From assembly GCA_038215615.1 (NCBI GenBank), contig JBBQQR010000007.1, positions 1 through 64,000 on the forward strand: a DNA stretch of 64,000 bases. Direction: 5' to 3'. The stretch is from Vulcanimicrobiales bacterium (GTDB lineage Bacteria; Vulcanimicrobiota; Vulcanimicrobiia; Vulcanimicrobiales; Vulcanimicrobiaceae). Positions within the stretch are counted from its first letter, which is position 1. Every line of letters begins with the position of its first letter. Shown piece by piece: positions 55,292 to 64,000 of this stretch. Below the pieces are notes generated by a model that saw only the letters and a program-made list of their open reading frames with translations, was not told where the DNA came from and ran no database searches. Made by a program: the position numbers and the translations under genes.

Positions 55292-57403
55292 TTACGGAGC
55301 GGTGTAATGTTTGGCTAGTACCGCTTCCACAGGATTGTAGGTGAAGCTCACGCCCCGGTGGATAACCGGGTCGGCCAGCGTTTGATCGAAATCCTCATTT
55401 CCGTCGAAACTCGCCCATCGCCAGAAACAGCCGCCATCCATTCCGTATTTTTCCATTAATGTAAGAAGGCTGTCCGTTGCAGTCGCGGTCGGCCAAGTCG
55501 GGTCCACCGGCGTCGCATCGCCAAACTCCACCGCAACTGCATGCGCACCGTTGTGCCCGATCGTCGAGTATATGTACTGCATCGTTTCGTTCGCCCACGC
55601 GTTGGGATCTTCATCGGTGCAAACCAAGCCTTGTGCGTACTGGCATTTCTTATGCTCGTAGAACGAAACGGCATACGTGCGCTGCGCATCGGGAACGTTG
55701 AGGCCATCGAAAATGCCCTTCATGACTACAATCGGGCTTGTTAGATTTGGCGAGTTTTCATCAATATAGCTGCCGACGATCGTCTCAGCTGAAAGTTTAG
55801 CGAACGGAATTCCAAGTGTGTTCGCGAAACCGATGGCCCATTTAACATACTGCGCCGGCTGCCCGTTTGAACCAAGCCAGAGCGGCGGCTCGGCGGGAAT
55901 ACCACACGACGGTGTATTGTTGAAATTATTTACATGTACATCGCCGTCGAAGAGGACCATGTACAGCGCAGGATGATTTTTTACCGTTTGCAGAATGGCG
56001 CTCAGCCAGGCCGTGTTATTGGCCGGCGGCTGCTCTTCCATATGCGTATTGACCAAATTCAAAATGATCTTGATGCCCTTGCTCTGGACCAAATCGAAGA
56101 GGGCGGTAAGGCTCGAAAGCTCCGGAGAAGTTGGCTGCGGATACTGAAGCCCTAAGACCGGTGGGACGTTGCACGTCGGCGGCGTGAAGCCCGGCACATA
56201 CGCCGAGTCGGCGGCCCGTAATTCAAACTCGATCGTATTGACGCCCATCGCTCGCATCTTGTCCAGTTGCAGCGCAACCTCAGAGCGGACACTTCTGCCC
56301 ACGATGGATTGGTATCCGTCAAACTGGTGCAGCAGGTCGCCGTCGTAAAACCCGTTCTGATAAGAGCGCTGCTCGAATTGAACCCACAATCCTCTCACCA
56401 CAAGTGACGAAGCTTGCGGTAAGATCGGCGTTGTGTAAATCGAGCCGGAGGCACCGAGCACGTACATATTTGTATCCGCCGTTGCGATACCGGTTGCGGC
56501 GCCTGGCTGGGATGTCCAGCCCGCCGAGTCAAAGTCGTTGTAATAGATCGCGTTGCCTGCCGCATTACCCGGATATCCGAGCGCAAACACGCCACGGCCG
56601 GCCGGCGCAATTGAAGACGCACTTCCGGGAAGGCGCGCGAACGTGCCGTCGCCATTTTCATACCAGATTTGGCCGGCCGAGTTTAATATATAAAAGCCGC
56701 GAGGCTGCAGAACGCCTGCGCCGAGATTGTACGGGCCGCCAGGATCCCACGCAGCAGCAAGCGCGATGCCGGATCCAGGAACCTGCGACCACGTGCCGTT
56801 GACGTTATGCCAAATGGCTTTGTCGGTTCCGCTTCCGCCGTTGGATAAAACGTAAATCGAGCCGTCCCACGCGACCGTCACAGCACTCGCTCCGCCACCA
56901 AGCGCCGTCCAGGCTCCGGTGCCGCCGAACGGCACGGCGTAATGATAGGTGCCGCCGCTGGAATTGACTGCGTAGATCGTCCCATCGGGCGCGGCCGCGA
57001 GCTGCGACGCTAATCCAGAGACGTTCGTCCAGGCCGCCGCGGCACCGTCAACACTGTCGTATTGCCAAATATACTTATCGGGTCCGCTCGGCAGCGTTGA
57101 AAGCGCCCAAAGCTGGCCGTCCGGCGCCATGACAAGCTGGCTGGCCGAACCTGCAATCTGCGTCCAGTTCAATCCTTGGATTGCGCTTTGCGTATGCACC
57201 GGCGAGTTCATTGCGCTCGACGGCTGAATCGCCGTTCGCGCCATCGGTGCAGACGCGCTTAATCCGGGTGATACGGATTCCGGCGTGACCATCTGGGGAG
57301 ACGATCCCGTCGGAGGCAATCCCGAGCGCACACCGTGCGAACATCCGGCTACGACTAATACAAGAAGCACCGGTAGCAAAATACGACAAGCGCGGTTTGG
57401 CAA
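55292..57403 (-). CDS. Lipoprotein: tectonin-like beta-propeller + C-terminal TIM-barrel glycoside-hydrolase-like (clan GH-A) domain
   Basis: Lipobox VVAGC; repeated W...G.A..L..APDG.(L/I)(W/Y)A blades; LDKMRAMGVNTI, L.ALFD...KGIKIIL, AVEFG, CFWRW. Confidence 0.75.
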   Translation of the reverse strand: MPNRACRILLPVLLVLVVAGCSHGVRSGLPPTGSSPQMVTPESVSPGLSASAPMARTAIQPSSAMNSPVHTQSAIQGLNWTQIAGSASQLVMAPDGQLWALSTLPSGPDKYIWQYDSVDGAAAAWTNVSGLASQLAAAPDGTIYAVNSSGGTYHYAVPFGGTGAWTALGGGASAVTVAWDGSIYVLSNGGSGTDKAIWHNVNGTWSQVPGSGIALAAAWDPGGPYNLGAGVLQPRGFYILNSAGQIWYENGDGTFARLPGSASSIAPAGRGVFALGYPGNAAGNAIYYNDFDSAGWTSQPGAATGIATADTNMYVLGASGSIYTTPILPQASSLVVRGLWVQFEQRSYQNGFYDGDLLHQFDGYQSIVGRSVRSEVALQLDKMRAMGVNTIEFELRAADSAYVPGFTPPTCNVPPVLGLQYPQPTSPELSSLTALFDLVQSKGIKIILNLVNTHMEEQPPANNTAWLSAILQTVKNHPALYMVLFDGDVHVNNFNNTPSCGIPAEPPLWLGSNGQPAQYVKWAIGFANTLGIPFAKLSAETIVGSYIDENSPNLTSPIVVMKGIFDGLNVPDAQRTYAVSFYEHKKCQYAQGLVCTDEDPNAWANETMQYIYSTIGHNGAHAVAVEFGDATPVDPTWPTATATDSLLTLMEKYGMDGGCFWRWASFDGNEDFDQTLADPVIHRGVSFTYNPVEAVLAKHYTAP

Positions 57404-57589
57404 ACGCCTTCCTATTCCTGGCCGGGTTTACTTCGCCGTCTGCTACCGCTTACATTGTCCGCTCCGCCCGTCCTATATATAAGCTGCGCGACGGATGTTG
57501 CCCGATCGGTTATTGTTAACCAAATCGTAAAAACTGTGCGCAAGAATCTCGGAAGCCATGAAAACCTTGAACCTCATGATCAGAAGCGT

Positions 57590-57723
57590 TCAAACTGGCG
57601 CGCCGGCCTCAGCCTGCCGTAAAGCCGCAGCGAACTGCTCGGGTGAGTGGCATTTTCGCATGGGCAAGACCTCCGGGTCTCGAGGAGAAGTTTTGCCGAT
57701 TTTTCGCGAGTCTCGCCGGTCCA
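57590..57723 (-). mobile_element. IS3-family remnant (left end + first 23 codons of orfA)
   Basis: GGAGG RBS + MRKCHSPEQFAAALRQAEAGAPV* resembles IS3 OrfA N-termini (xSxEQIxxxLRQAEAGxPV); TG-starting end near 57723; no orfB. Confidence 0.7.
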
Positions 57724-57811
57724 GAATTCGGGTCCAGGGCTTGGAGTCGGGGCTCACCCGAAAGGCGCGATTCAAAGTGTATAACTTTTCGCAAATTCCT
57801 AGAAAAATTAC

Positions 57812-60112
57812 CTAACGTCGAAGAGTCAGTATTATACGTACACCGGCTGGTTGCAAAAACAGCGCGTCGGTCGGTAAATTTCCGAATGCGGTCGAACCGT
57901 CCGGTTGTTCCACTAATCCGCGGTAAGGCGTGCCCACCCCGGGCAGAGTGAACTTCCCGGCGACCGCATTCGTGAGGTTTGTTCCAGCCAGCGTTATGTC
58001 GATGGGACCGCTGCGTTTTCCGATGGCGGCATTAAGAACCGCAAACGCGCCCTGATTGAGCTCGTTGTTGCGGCCGCGCGCGTAGGTTTCAATTCCTCCG
58101 TGCCAGCCGCGGTTATCGTAAGCGACGCTTAGCGAGCCCTGTTGCTGCGGGATATTCAAGAACTGCTGATTTGAAACGAGATCGCCGCCCGACGTTGGAT
58201 TCGATACGCTGCCCGGAAAATTAAACGGGTAGGCCACGTTGAGGCCGTAACGTGCGTCAATAAAAAAATGATCGGTTCGGTGGGTGAGGCGAACCTCCGA
58301 CCCTTGGTAGGCGACGTTTCCGACGTTGATTGGAAACGACTGCGCGGGCGGAGCCGAGGCGGGGCAGCTCGCAGCCAATGGGTAGAAATTCTCTATCGGA
58401 TCGCGCAGATTCGTGCGATAGAGCGCTACATCGAGATTCGTCCGGTCGTTGAAACGATGCGCGTAGCCGAGCTCGTATTCGGTTGCGTGCTCGGGAAGCA
58501 ACCCCACATTGCCCTGGCCGAGTGCGACGCAGTTGGCATCCTGCGGCAGCTCGCCGGCGGGAAACACTACGCGCTCGATAAGAAGCGGCGCACGAAATCC
58601 GCTGCCCACCGATGCCCGCACCACATTGTCCGGCGAGATATCGAACGACGCGCCAAGGCGGCCGTCAAGATTCGTACCGAACGTCGAATAGCGCGAGACA
58701 AAAACGCCGGCCTGCACGCGCAGGCGCGGCGTCGGCTCGATGCTTCCGCGCACGAAATACGAATGTATTATCCGCGATTGTTGGCCCTCAACGCCGTCTT
58801 CCATAAGCGTTTCTGGCCGAACGTATCCTCCGAGCGCGAAGCTCCCGTTGGGAAAGTTACGCTCCCAAGAGAGGGCGTAATTCTGGCGTTTGTCGCGATG
58901 CGTAATATCATACGGCGATGGGCCGCTCCCGTTCAGGCTTACGTCATTGTTCGACGTGCTAAATTCGTACACGAGTGACCCAGCGCCCAGCGGGGCGCGT
59001 CCGCGGGCATCATATGCACGAATCGTTTGCGCATACGTTGCGGGTCCGGGTCCGATGAATAAGTTGCCGGAACTTTCGGCGCTCGGATCGACCGGAGTGT
59101 TAAATGACGCACTTTCGTCGCGCGCATTACCCAGTGCAAAAAGACGCAGTCTTAACTCGGCGTTGGGCGAAAAACTCCATGAAAGCTGGCCCAGCGCCGA
59201 CCTGCTGCTTACAGTTGAACCGAGATGAATCGGAATCGTTTGGCTGCACGGATCGCCCGTCGGGGCGATGCACAGCAGATTGTTTTGGTTGACGTAACCG
59301 TGCTCTTGCTGATCGTCAAACGCTAGCGCATAACCAAGCCGGCCGGTCGTACCCGTTGAGTTCAACCATCCCTCGCTCACGCCGAACGAGCCGGTCGAAA
59401 ACGAAAACGCGCTGTGCGGATCGCGGGTCGGGCGAAGGGAGATGATGTTCACGGCTCCGCCGATCGTGTTGCTCCCCTCGGTATCAGCCGGTCCTAGGCC
59501 CTCGGTCACGGAGACGTCAGAAAAAGCGGCGACAGGGAAACGCGAGAGGTCGAGGTCGCCCGTGTTCCCATCGTTGAGAATCTGTCCGTCTAAGGCTACC
59601 AGTGTTTCGGAGGGGTCCGGGCCGCGCAACGCAACCAGCGACGCTGCTGCATCGCTTCCACCGTCGGGACGCGCAAAAGTCAGCGACGGTACGGCTGCCA
59701 GCGATTGGATGATCCGGTTATTTCCAGCTCGATCCATCTCCGCTCGACTAATTACAATATTGGGAATCAGAGCGCGTGACGGAATCGATGCTCCGTTGAC
59801 ACGCACGCTGCCGATGATCCGCAGACTGGGACTGTCGACGGGTTCGGTTTCAATGTCAAGAGTCGCGTCGTTCGTAACAAGGAGCGACGCGACTTCAGTG
59901 GTGACGTATCCGCGCGCCGCTACGCGCACGGTGTACCGCCCCCGGCCGACGTGGAGCGAAAAGGCTCCGTCATTTCCGGTCACGGCGCGTTCGCTGGATC
60001 GCGTGGACGACGTCGCGGCGACAACTGCATTTGCTACCGGTGCACCGGACGGCGCCGTTACATGACCACTCACGATGCAGCACAGAGCGAGCTGCGCGAA
60101 GATGACGTACAC
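57812..60112 (-). CDS. TonB-dependent outer membrane receptor with N-terminal carboxypeptidase-regulatory-like domain
   Basis: SGHVT..SGAPVANA.V, T.NDG.F, G.Y.V...ARGY; plug LRG....TLVALDG, IGGAVNI; SGFRAP, L.PE....YELG, NLTN; AGGAG RBS. Confidence 0.9.
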   Translation of the reverse strand: MYVIFAQLALCCIVSGHVTAPSGAPVANAVVAATSSTRSSERAVTGNDGAFSLHVGRGRYTVRVAARGYVTTEVASLLVTNDATLDIETEPVDSPSLRIIGSVRVNGASIPSRALIPNIVISRAEMDRAGNNRIIQSLAAVPSLTFARPDGGSDAAASLVALRGPDPSETLVALDGQILNDGNTGDLDLSRFPVAAFSDVSVTEGLGPADTEGSNTIGGAVNIISLRPTRDPHSAFSFSTGSFGVSEGWLNSTGTTGRLGYALAFDDQQEHGYVNQNNLLCIAPTGDPCSQTIPIHLGSTVSSRSALGQLSWSFSPNAELRLRLFALGNARDESASFNTPVDPSAESSGNLFIGPGPATYAQTIRAYDARGRAPLGAGSLVYEFSTSNNDVSLNGSGPSPYDITHRDKRQNYALSWERNFPNGSFALGGYVRPETLMEDGVEGQQSRIIHSYFVRGSIEPTPRLRVQAGVFVSRYSTFGTNLDGRLGASFDISPDNVVRASVGSGFRAPLLIERVVFPAGELPQDANCVALGQGNVGLLPEHATEYELGYAHRFNDRTNLDVALYRTNLRDPIENFYPLAASCPASAPPAQSFPINVGNVAYQGSEVRLTHRTDHFFIDARYGLNVAYPFNFPGSVSNPTSGGDLVSNQQFLNIPQQQGSLSVAYDNRGWHGGIETYARGRNNELNQGAFAVLNAAIGKRSGPIDITLAGTNLTNAVAGKFTLPGVGTPYRGLVEQPDGSTAFGNLPTDALFLQPAGVRIILTLRR

Positions 60113-60289
60113 TTAGTCTCTCCTGAAACCCCTGTCTCTAACGAGCGCTTCGCACGGCCCTCCCCTCGCGCCTGCCGTTGTTATGCGAGGCGCCGATACG
60201 CCGCTAGCTTCGCCGCCCGGATGGTGAGGCTGCTGCCAAGCCGATCGATGCGACGCCGCCGAGCAGCATCTTACGTGAAATCATTTCCG

Positions 60290-60958
60290 CTACTTTGGGA
60301 TGTACTGCGTCTTATCCGCCAGCATGCCGCCGGTGCTTCCGGAAACCTGGCACACGTGCTCGCCGGTGGGTTCGGTGAAACATTCAAAATTGCGCTCGCG
60401 TCGTAACAGTTGGATCGCCGTCCGCCAGTCCGTGCACGTCGTGAACACGACGCGCAGCTCGTGAATCGGTTTGCTTCGGTCCGCGGTGAAGTTGTAACCG
60501 TCCGAACGCATCCAGCGTCGCGATGCGCCGGTCCTAAACGATTGGAAATGGATGGTGACGGTGCCGTCCGAGCCCGGCTCGGCCTTACGCTCGAAAGTCC
60601 GCCGGATCACATTGCGATCGCCGACTTGTGAAGCGCCGCCGGCGCCATCGGCGTCCGATGCGAAGCACGTGTGCGGCAAAGCGAGCTGCGCCCGCGTCGG
60701 TGCGCCCGGGCAAGGACCCGAAGTGACGTCTTCGCGCGCCCAGTTCATGGCCTCGCTCCGTGCCTTGCCCGCGGGTTGCACGACGTATCCGCCCGGGGTT
60801 AGCGCCACAATTTTGGCCGGCCCAGGTTGCTGCTTGACCTTCACGCAAGCGCCAACGCCAAGACCTTCGGCCGCACCGGCCGGCGCGGTTGCGCAGCTGA
60901 GCATGGCCGAAATACCAAATACAAATGCCGAGACAAGCCCACCTAATCTCAAACTCAT
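60290..60958 (-). CDS. Secreted hypothetical protein (SH3-like N-terminal part, 6 mature Cys)
   Basis: Signal peptide MSLRLGGLVSAFVFGISAMLSCATAPAGA; GAAGG upstream. Confidence 0.65.
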   Translation of the reverse strand: MSLRLGGLVSAFVFGISAMLSCATAPAGAAEGLGVGACVKVKQQPGPAKIVALTPGGYVVQPAGKARSEAMNWAREDVTSGPCPGAPTRAQLALPHTCFASDADGAGGASQVGDRNVIRRTFERKAEPGSDGTVTIHFQSFRTGASRRWMRSDGYNFTADRSKPIHELRVVFTTCTDWRTAIQLLRRERNFECFTEPTGEHVCQVSGSTGGMLADKTQYIPK

Positions 60959-61101
60959 TTTATAACCTTGACCTTCGCTAGAGTCGTGAGGGAAACGCTC
61001 GTCATGCGCGGCCGCGTACGTCGCACCTAGCATGCGCCTTAAAATGTAAAGCGTCTGTGTGAATTTCACGCCCGCGTTCAGGTGACGCTCCACAGTCTCT
61101 C

Positions 61102-62925
61102 TTAAGGCGTGATGCGTCCTATCTTGCTGAGGTTGGATTCGGCGAACCACAAATTGCCGTCCGGACCCGAAACGATCCCGGACGGATGCGAAGACGCCGC
61201 CGGCAACACAAACTCGGTGATCGTGCCGCTCGTCGTGATCCTTCCTATTTTGTTGCCGCCGGATTCGGCGAACCACAGATTGGCGTCGGGCCCCGTCACG
61301 ATGCCCCACGGCTGCGGCGTGCCGGTGTTGACGATTGCGTATTCGGTGATCGCCCCGCTCGTCGTGATCTTCCCGATCTTGCCTCCGTTGAGCTCCGTGA
61401 ACCAGAGATTGTTATCCGGGCCAACGGTGATGGTTGTCGGCGACGAGTTACCCGTCGGAATACCAAATTCGGAAAACGTTCCAGTTGTGCTGATTCGTCC
61501 GATCTTATTGCCGGCACTTTCGGCAAACCATAAGTTGCCGTCCGGCCCCGCGACGATGCCTTCGGCGCCGGCGACGGCCGTCGGAATCGCATACACGGTG
61601 ACCGTCCCGCTGGTTGTAATCTTTCCTATGCCGTTGTCACCATTGAATTCCGTGAACCACAGATTGCCGTCCGGGCCCGCGGTGATGAAGTACGGCCCCG
61701 GAGTTCCGCCGCTCGGAATCGGAAACTCGCTGATCGCGCCGCCGGTAGTGATCCGCCCGATTTTCTCTCCGAACCGTTCGGTGAACCAAAGATTGCCGTC
61801 GGAGCCTACCGCAATGCTCGCAGCGCTTGCTCCATTTGTTGGGATCACATATTCAGTTACGCTCCCGCTCGGAGTCATCTTGCCGATTTTGTTGCCGATG
61901 TATTCAGTAAACCAGAAATTGCCGTCAGGTCCCGCGGCGATGCCGAGCGGATAGACCCCGGTGGAAGGCAGCGGGTATTCTACGATTGTCCCTGTCGTGG
62001 ATGTTACGGGAGTCGAGTAAATAGCGCCCGAGCTTCCGACCGCGTAGAGATGCGAGCTGTCGGTGGAAATGTTGGCGGCCGCTCCGCTCTGCAGAGTCCA
62101 TCCCGGGGTGTTTAGGTTGTAATAGTAAATCGAGTTGCCGCCGCCCAAAACAAAGACGCCGCCGATGGTCGTCGGCGTGATCGCGGTCGCATTTCCCGGT
62201 AACTGAATGAAACTGTTATTGCTGTTTTCGTAATAAATGTTACCGGTCGCATTGAGGATGTACAACCCGCCGGGTGAGACCGTGCCGTTCGAAAGCGAGT
62301 AACTATTTGGATCCCACGAGCCTGCGATTCGAACGCCGGAACCGGGCCCTTGCGACCACGTCCCGCTCACGTTGTGCCAGATAGCCTGATCGTTGCCGCC
62401 CGAGTTGCCGTTGGAAAGCACATAGACCGAGCCGTCTTTGGCAACGGTGATATCGCTGCACCCGCCGCCCAGCGCGGTCCACGTTCCGCCGCTGTACGAA
62501 AACGCTCCGCCGCCGGAATTGATCGCATAGAGAGTGCCGTCGGGCGCAACGGTGATCCTTGACGCGAGGCCACTGATGTTTGTCCATGCCCCGCTAACGT
62601 AATGCCAAATATATTTGTCGGCTCCGGCCGGCTGGTTCGAGAGCACCCAAAGCGAACCGTCGGGAGCGGCGGCCACGAAGCTGGCCACGCCCGAAATCTG
62701 CGTCCAGTTCAAACCCTGGATCGCACTTTGCGGCCGCACGTTCATCAGGCTGGCTGGAAGAATTGCAGTCTTAGCCATCGGAGCAACCGGAATATGGGCC
62801 GGCGAAACCGATTGCGGCTTTCCGAGCGCGAGACCAGTTTGTGGAGTTACCTGGTTCGGACCCGAGCAGCCCGCCAGAGCCACGGTAACGGCAAGGGTGG
62901 AATAGACGAAAGAACGCAAGCTCAT
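61102..62925 (-). CDS. Lipoprotein: tectonin-like propeller + Vgb (virginiamycin B lyase)-like 7-blade propeller
   Basis: Lipobox ALAGC; seven I.AGPDGNLWF.E...KIG.IT repeats; N-terminal half homologous to 55292-57403. Confidence 0.88.
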   Translation of the reverse strand: MSLRSFVYSTLAVTVALAGCSGPNQVTPQTGLALGKPQSVSPAHIPVAPMAKTAILPASLMNVRPQSAIQGLNWTQISGVASFVAAAPDGSLWVLSNQPAGADKYIWHYVSGAWTNISGLASRITVAPDGTLYAINSGGGAFSYSGGTWTALGGGCSDITVAKDGSVYVLSNGNSGGNDQAIWHNVSGTWSQGPGSGVRIAGSWDPNSYSLSNGTVSPGGLYILNATGNIYYENSNNSFIQLPGNATAITPTTIGGVFVLGGGNSIYYYNLNTPGWTLQSGAAANISTDSSHLYAVGSSGAIYSTPVTSTTGTIVEYPLPSTGVYPLGIAAGPDGNFWFTEYIGNKIGKMTPSGSVTEYVIPTNGASAASIAVGSDGNLWFTERFGEKIGRITTGGAISEFPIPSGGTPGPYFITAGPDGNLWFTEFNGDNGIGKITTSGTVTVYAIPTAVAGAEGIVAGPDGNLWFAESAGNKIGRISTTGTFSEFGIPTGNSSPTTITVGPDNNLWFTELNGGKIGKITTSGAITEYAIVNTGTPQPWGIVTGPDANLWFAESGGNKIGRITTSGTITEFVLPAASSHPSGIVSGPDGNLWFAESNLSKIGRITP

Positions 62926-63178
62926 GTGTTACCTTTTCGCTATAGTGAGCTCGCGCAAAGTGACGCAGCTGTATGGTTTCCGTAACCGGCACGGTTTTCG
63001 AGGCATGACGTGCGAGTTCTGTTCCGTATTGTTGACCGCGTGTTGACAAGTCCTGCCCCGCAATCTCTACGGCATATTTACAGCGCGATAATCATAAGAC
63101 GCAAGGTCTTTATCATTAAACTCAGGAAGCCGCTCAAAACTCTCCGCTCAGCTAAAGGTTGGCGACCGTGCGCGTTAG

Positions 63179-63496
63179 TTGCCCCAGTCGCGATGCGCAG
63201 GCCTGGCCGTTTCTCCGCACGAGAGCCATATCGGTGCGACGATCAGCGGTACCGTGAGCTACGCCGGCGATGCAGCTTGCGGAGGAGACATCCCGCCCCT
63301 GCAGCGTCCGACCTGGACGTGGTCAGGCCAACAGGGCCAGCAGATAATCTCCGGCTGCACGGCTAATTCGCTATCCTGCGTCTTTCAGGGATCGGTTACG
63401 GGTTCTGCCGGCAATCGCTATGTGCAAATGTGTCTTAACGGAAACAGCAGACAGGGCCCATGGATTTCGTGCGACTATTACGGCGTCGCTCCGTAA
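63179..63496 (+). CDS. Small Cys-rich hypothetical protein (possibly a fragment)
   Basis: Protein-like beta-rich composition with 6 Cys; start uncertain, no clear signal peptide. Confidence 0.4.
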   Translation: MPQSRCAGLAVSPHESHIGATISGTVSYAGDAACGGDIPPLQRPTWTWSGQQGQQIISGCTANSLSCVFQGSVTGSAGNRYVQMCLNGNSRQGPWISCDYYGVAP

Positions 63497-63569
63497 GTCT
63501 CCAGTACGCGCTGAATCGGACCGCCCGCCACGGGCATTCCAGCGGGTAACGGGACGAGCTACCCTTCTT

Positions 63570-64000
63570 CTACGGACCGGCGGCGTGCGCTCGCATAATC
63601 TCCGATAGCATATCCGGCGTTCCCGTAACGCGCTCGAGATGCGGATATTTTAAGCCGTCGTGATAATCGAGATCGATCGGTTGATACCAATGGCCTTGCT
63701 TTACGAGCAGATGCACCGGTGCGGTTGATCCTTTGGCGTCTTTGATAACCTGATTCCACAAATCAACGCTGAATGCGCGGCCATTAACGGCCGAGACTTG
63801 CATCCCGGGCGCGAGCCCCGCTTTCCAGGCTGCCGAATTCTCGCGTACATCGCCTATCGTGCCCGTTCCGCCCAACGTCAGGCCGGCGTCAAACCATGCG
63901 GCGACTCCGCGTCCGGCCCGACCGTTGACAAATTTGTTGGGCGTGTCGTTAAAGACGAGTGTATAACCCGCCCGCGCGATCTCGTCGGTCGGTGGAACCG
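63570..64000 (-). CDS. C-terminal PDZ end of an M61-family glycyl aminopeptidase (truncated by window edge)
   Basis: V.ENSAAWKAGLAPGM.V.AVNG, LDYHDGLKYPHLERV.GTPD.L..I. Confidence 0.8.
   Translation of the reverse strand, partial: VPPTDEIARAGYTLVFNDTPNKFVNGRAGRGVAAWFDAGLTLGGTGTIGDVRENSAAWKAGLAPGMQVSAVNGRAFSVDLWNQVIKDAKGSTAPVHLLVKQGHWYQPIDLDYHDGLKYPHLERVTGTPDMLSEIMRAHAAGP

Noticed and set aside
61109..61954. 281-aa repetitive plus-strand ORF
   Set aside because: Antisense shadow of the Vgb-like repeats
61102..61990. Streptogramin B resistance gene (vgb)
   Set aside because: The Vgb-like propeller is part of a secreted two-domain lipoprotein; fold similarity alone does not support a resistance function
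63080..63120. Fur-box-like GATAATCAT upstream of the lipoprotein/TonB region
   Set aside because: Only a half match to the 19-bp consensus, and about 3 kb from the TonB receptor start

Overview
GC-rich bacterial chromosomal window, mostly core metabolism (1-47.9 kb) followed by a mosaic accessory region (47.9-64 kb). The organism is probably diderm (TonB-dependent receptor); the gene families are reminiscent of Ca. Eremiobacterota, which is an inference only. Core part: a reductive pyrimidine catabolism operon (preT-preA-hydA-ureidopropionase-NCS1-aminotransferase); an unusual purine operon (holA-purB-purC/PurE-like fusion-purL-purQ-purS-like-archaeal-type purP); a riboflavin cluster interleaved with a thioesterase and two Zn-dehydrogenases and followed by mtnA; a dap/asd/aspartokinase operon; pcrA/uvrD; and several glycosyl- and nucleotidyltransferases. 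tRNA-Gln(CTG) and tRNA-Glu(CTC) mark the border. After them come a 3.5-kb islet bounded by a duplicated tRNA-Glu 3' end, modular beta-propeller lipoproteins, a TonB receptor, an IS3 remnant and several gene relics. Best candidate for an undescribed system: RibBA is fused in frame to an N-terminal XRE-type helix-turn-helix. It is preceded by an apparently leaderless sigma70-type promoter whose -35 (TTGACA) lies inside a 22-bp imperfect palindrome, suggesting a riboflavin enzyme that represses its own gene. Other highlights: an animal-PAICS-like PurC-PurE fusion whose PurE half lacks its catalytic motifs, bacterial purP, and a covarying two-hairpin intergenic repeat. All calls come from visual motif recognition; no database searches were run.
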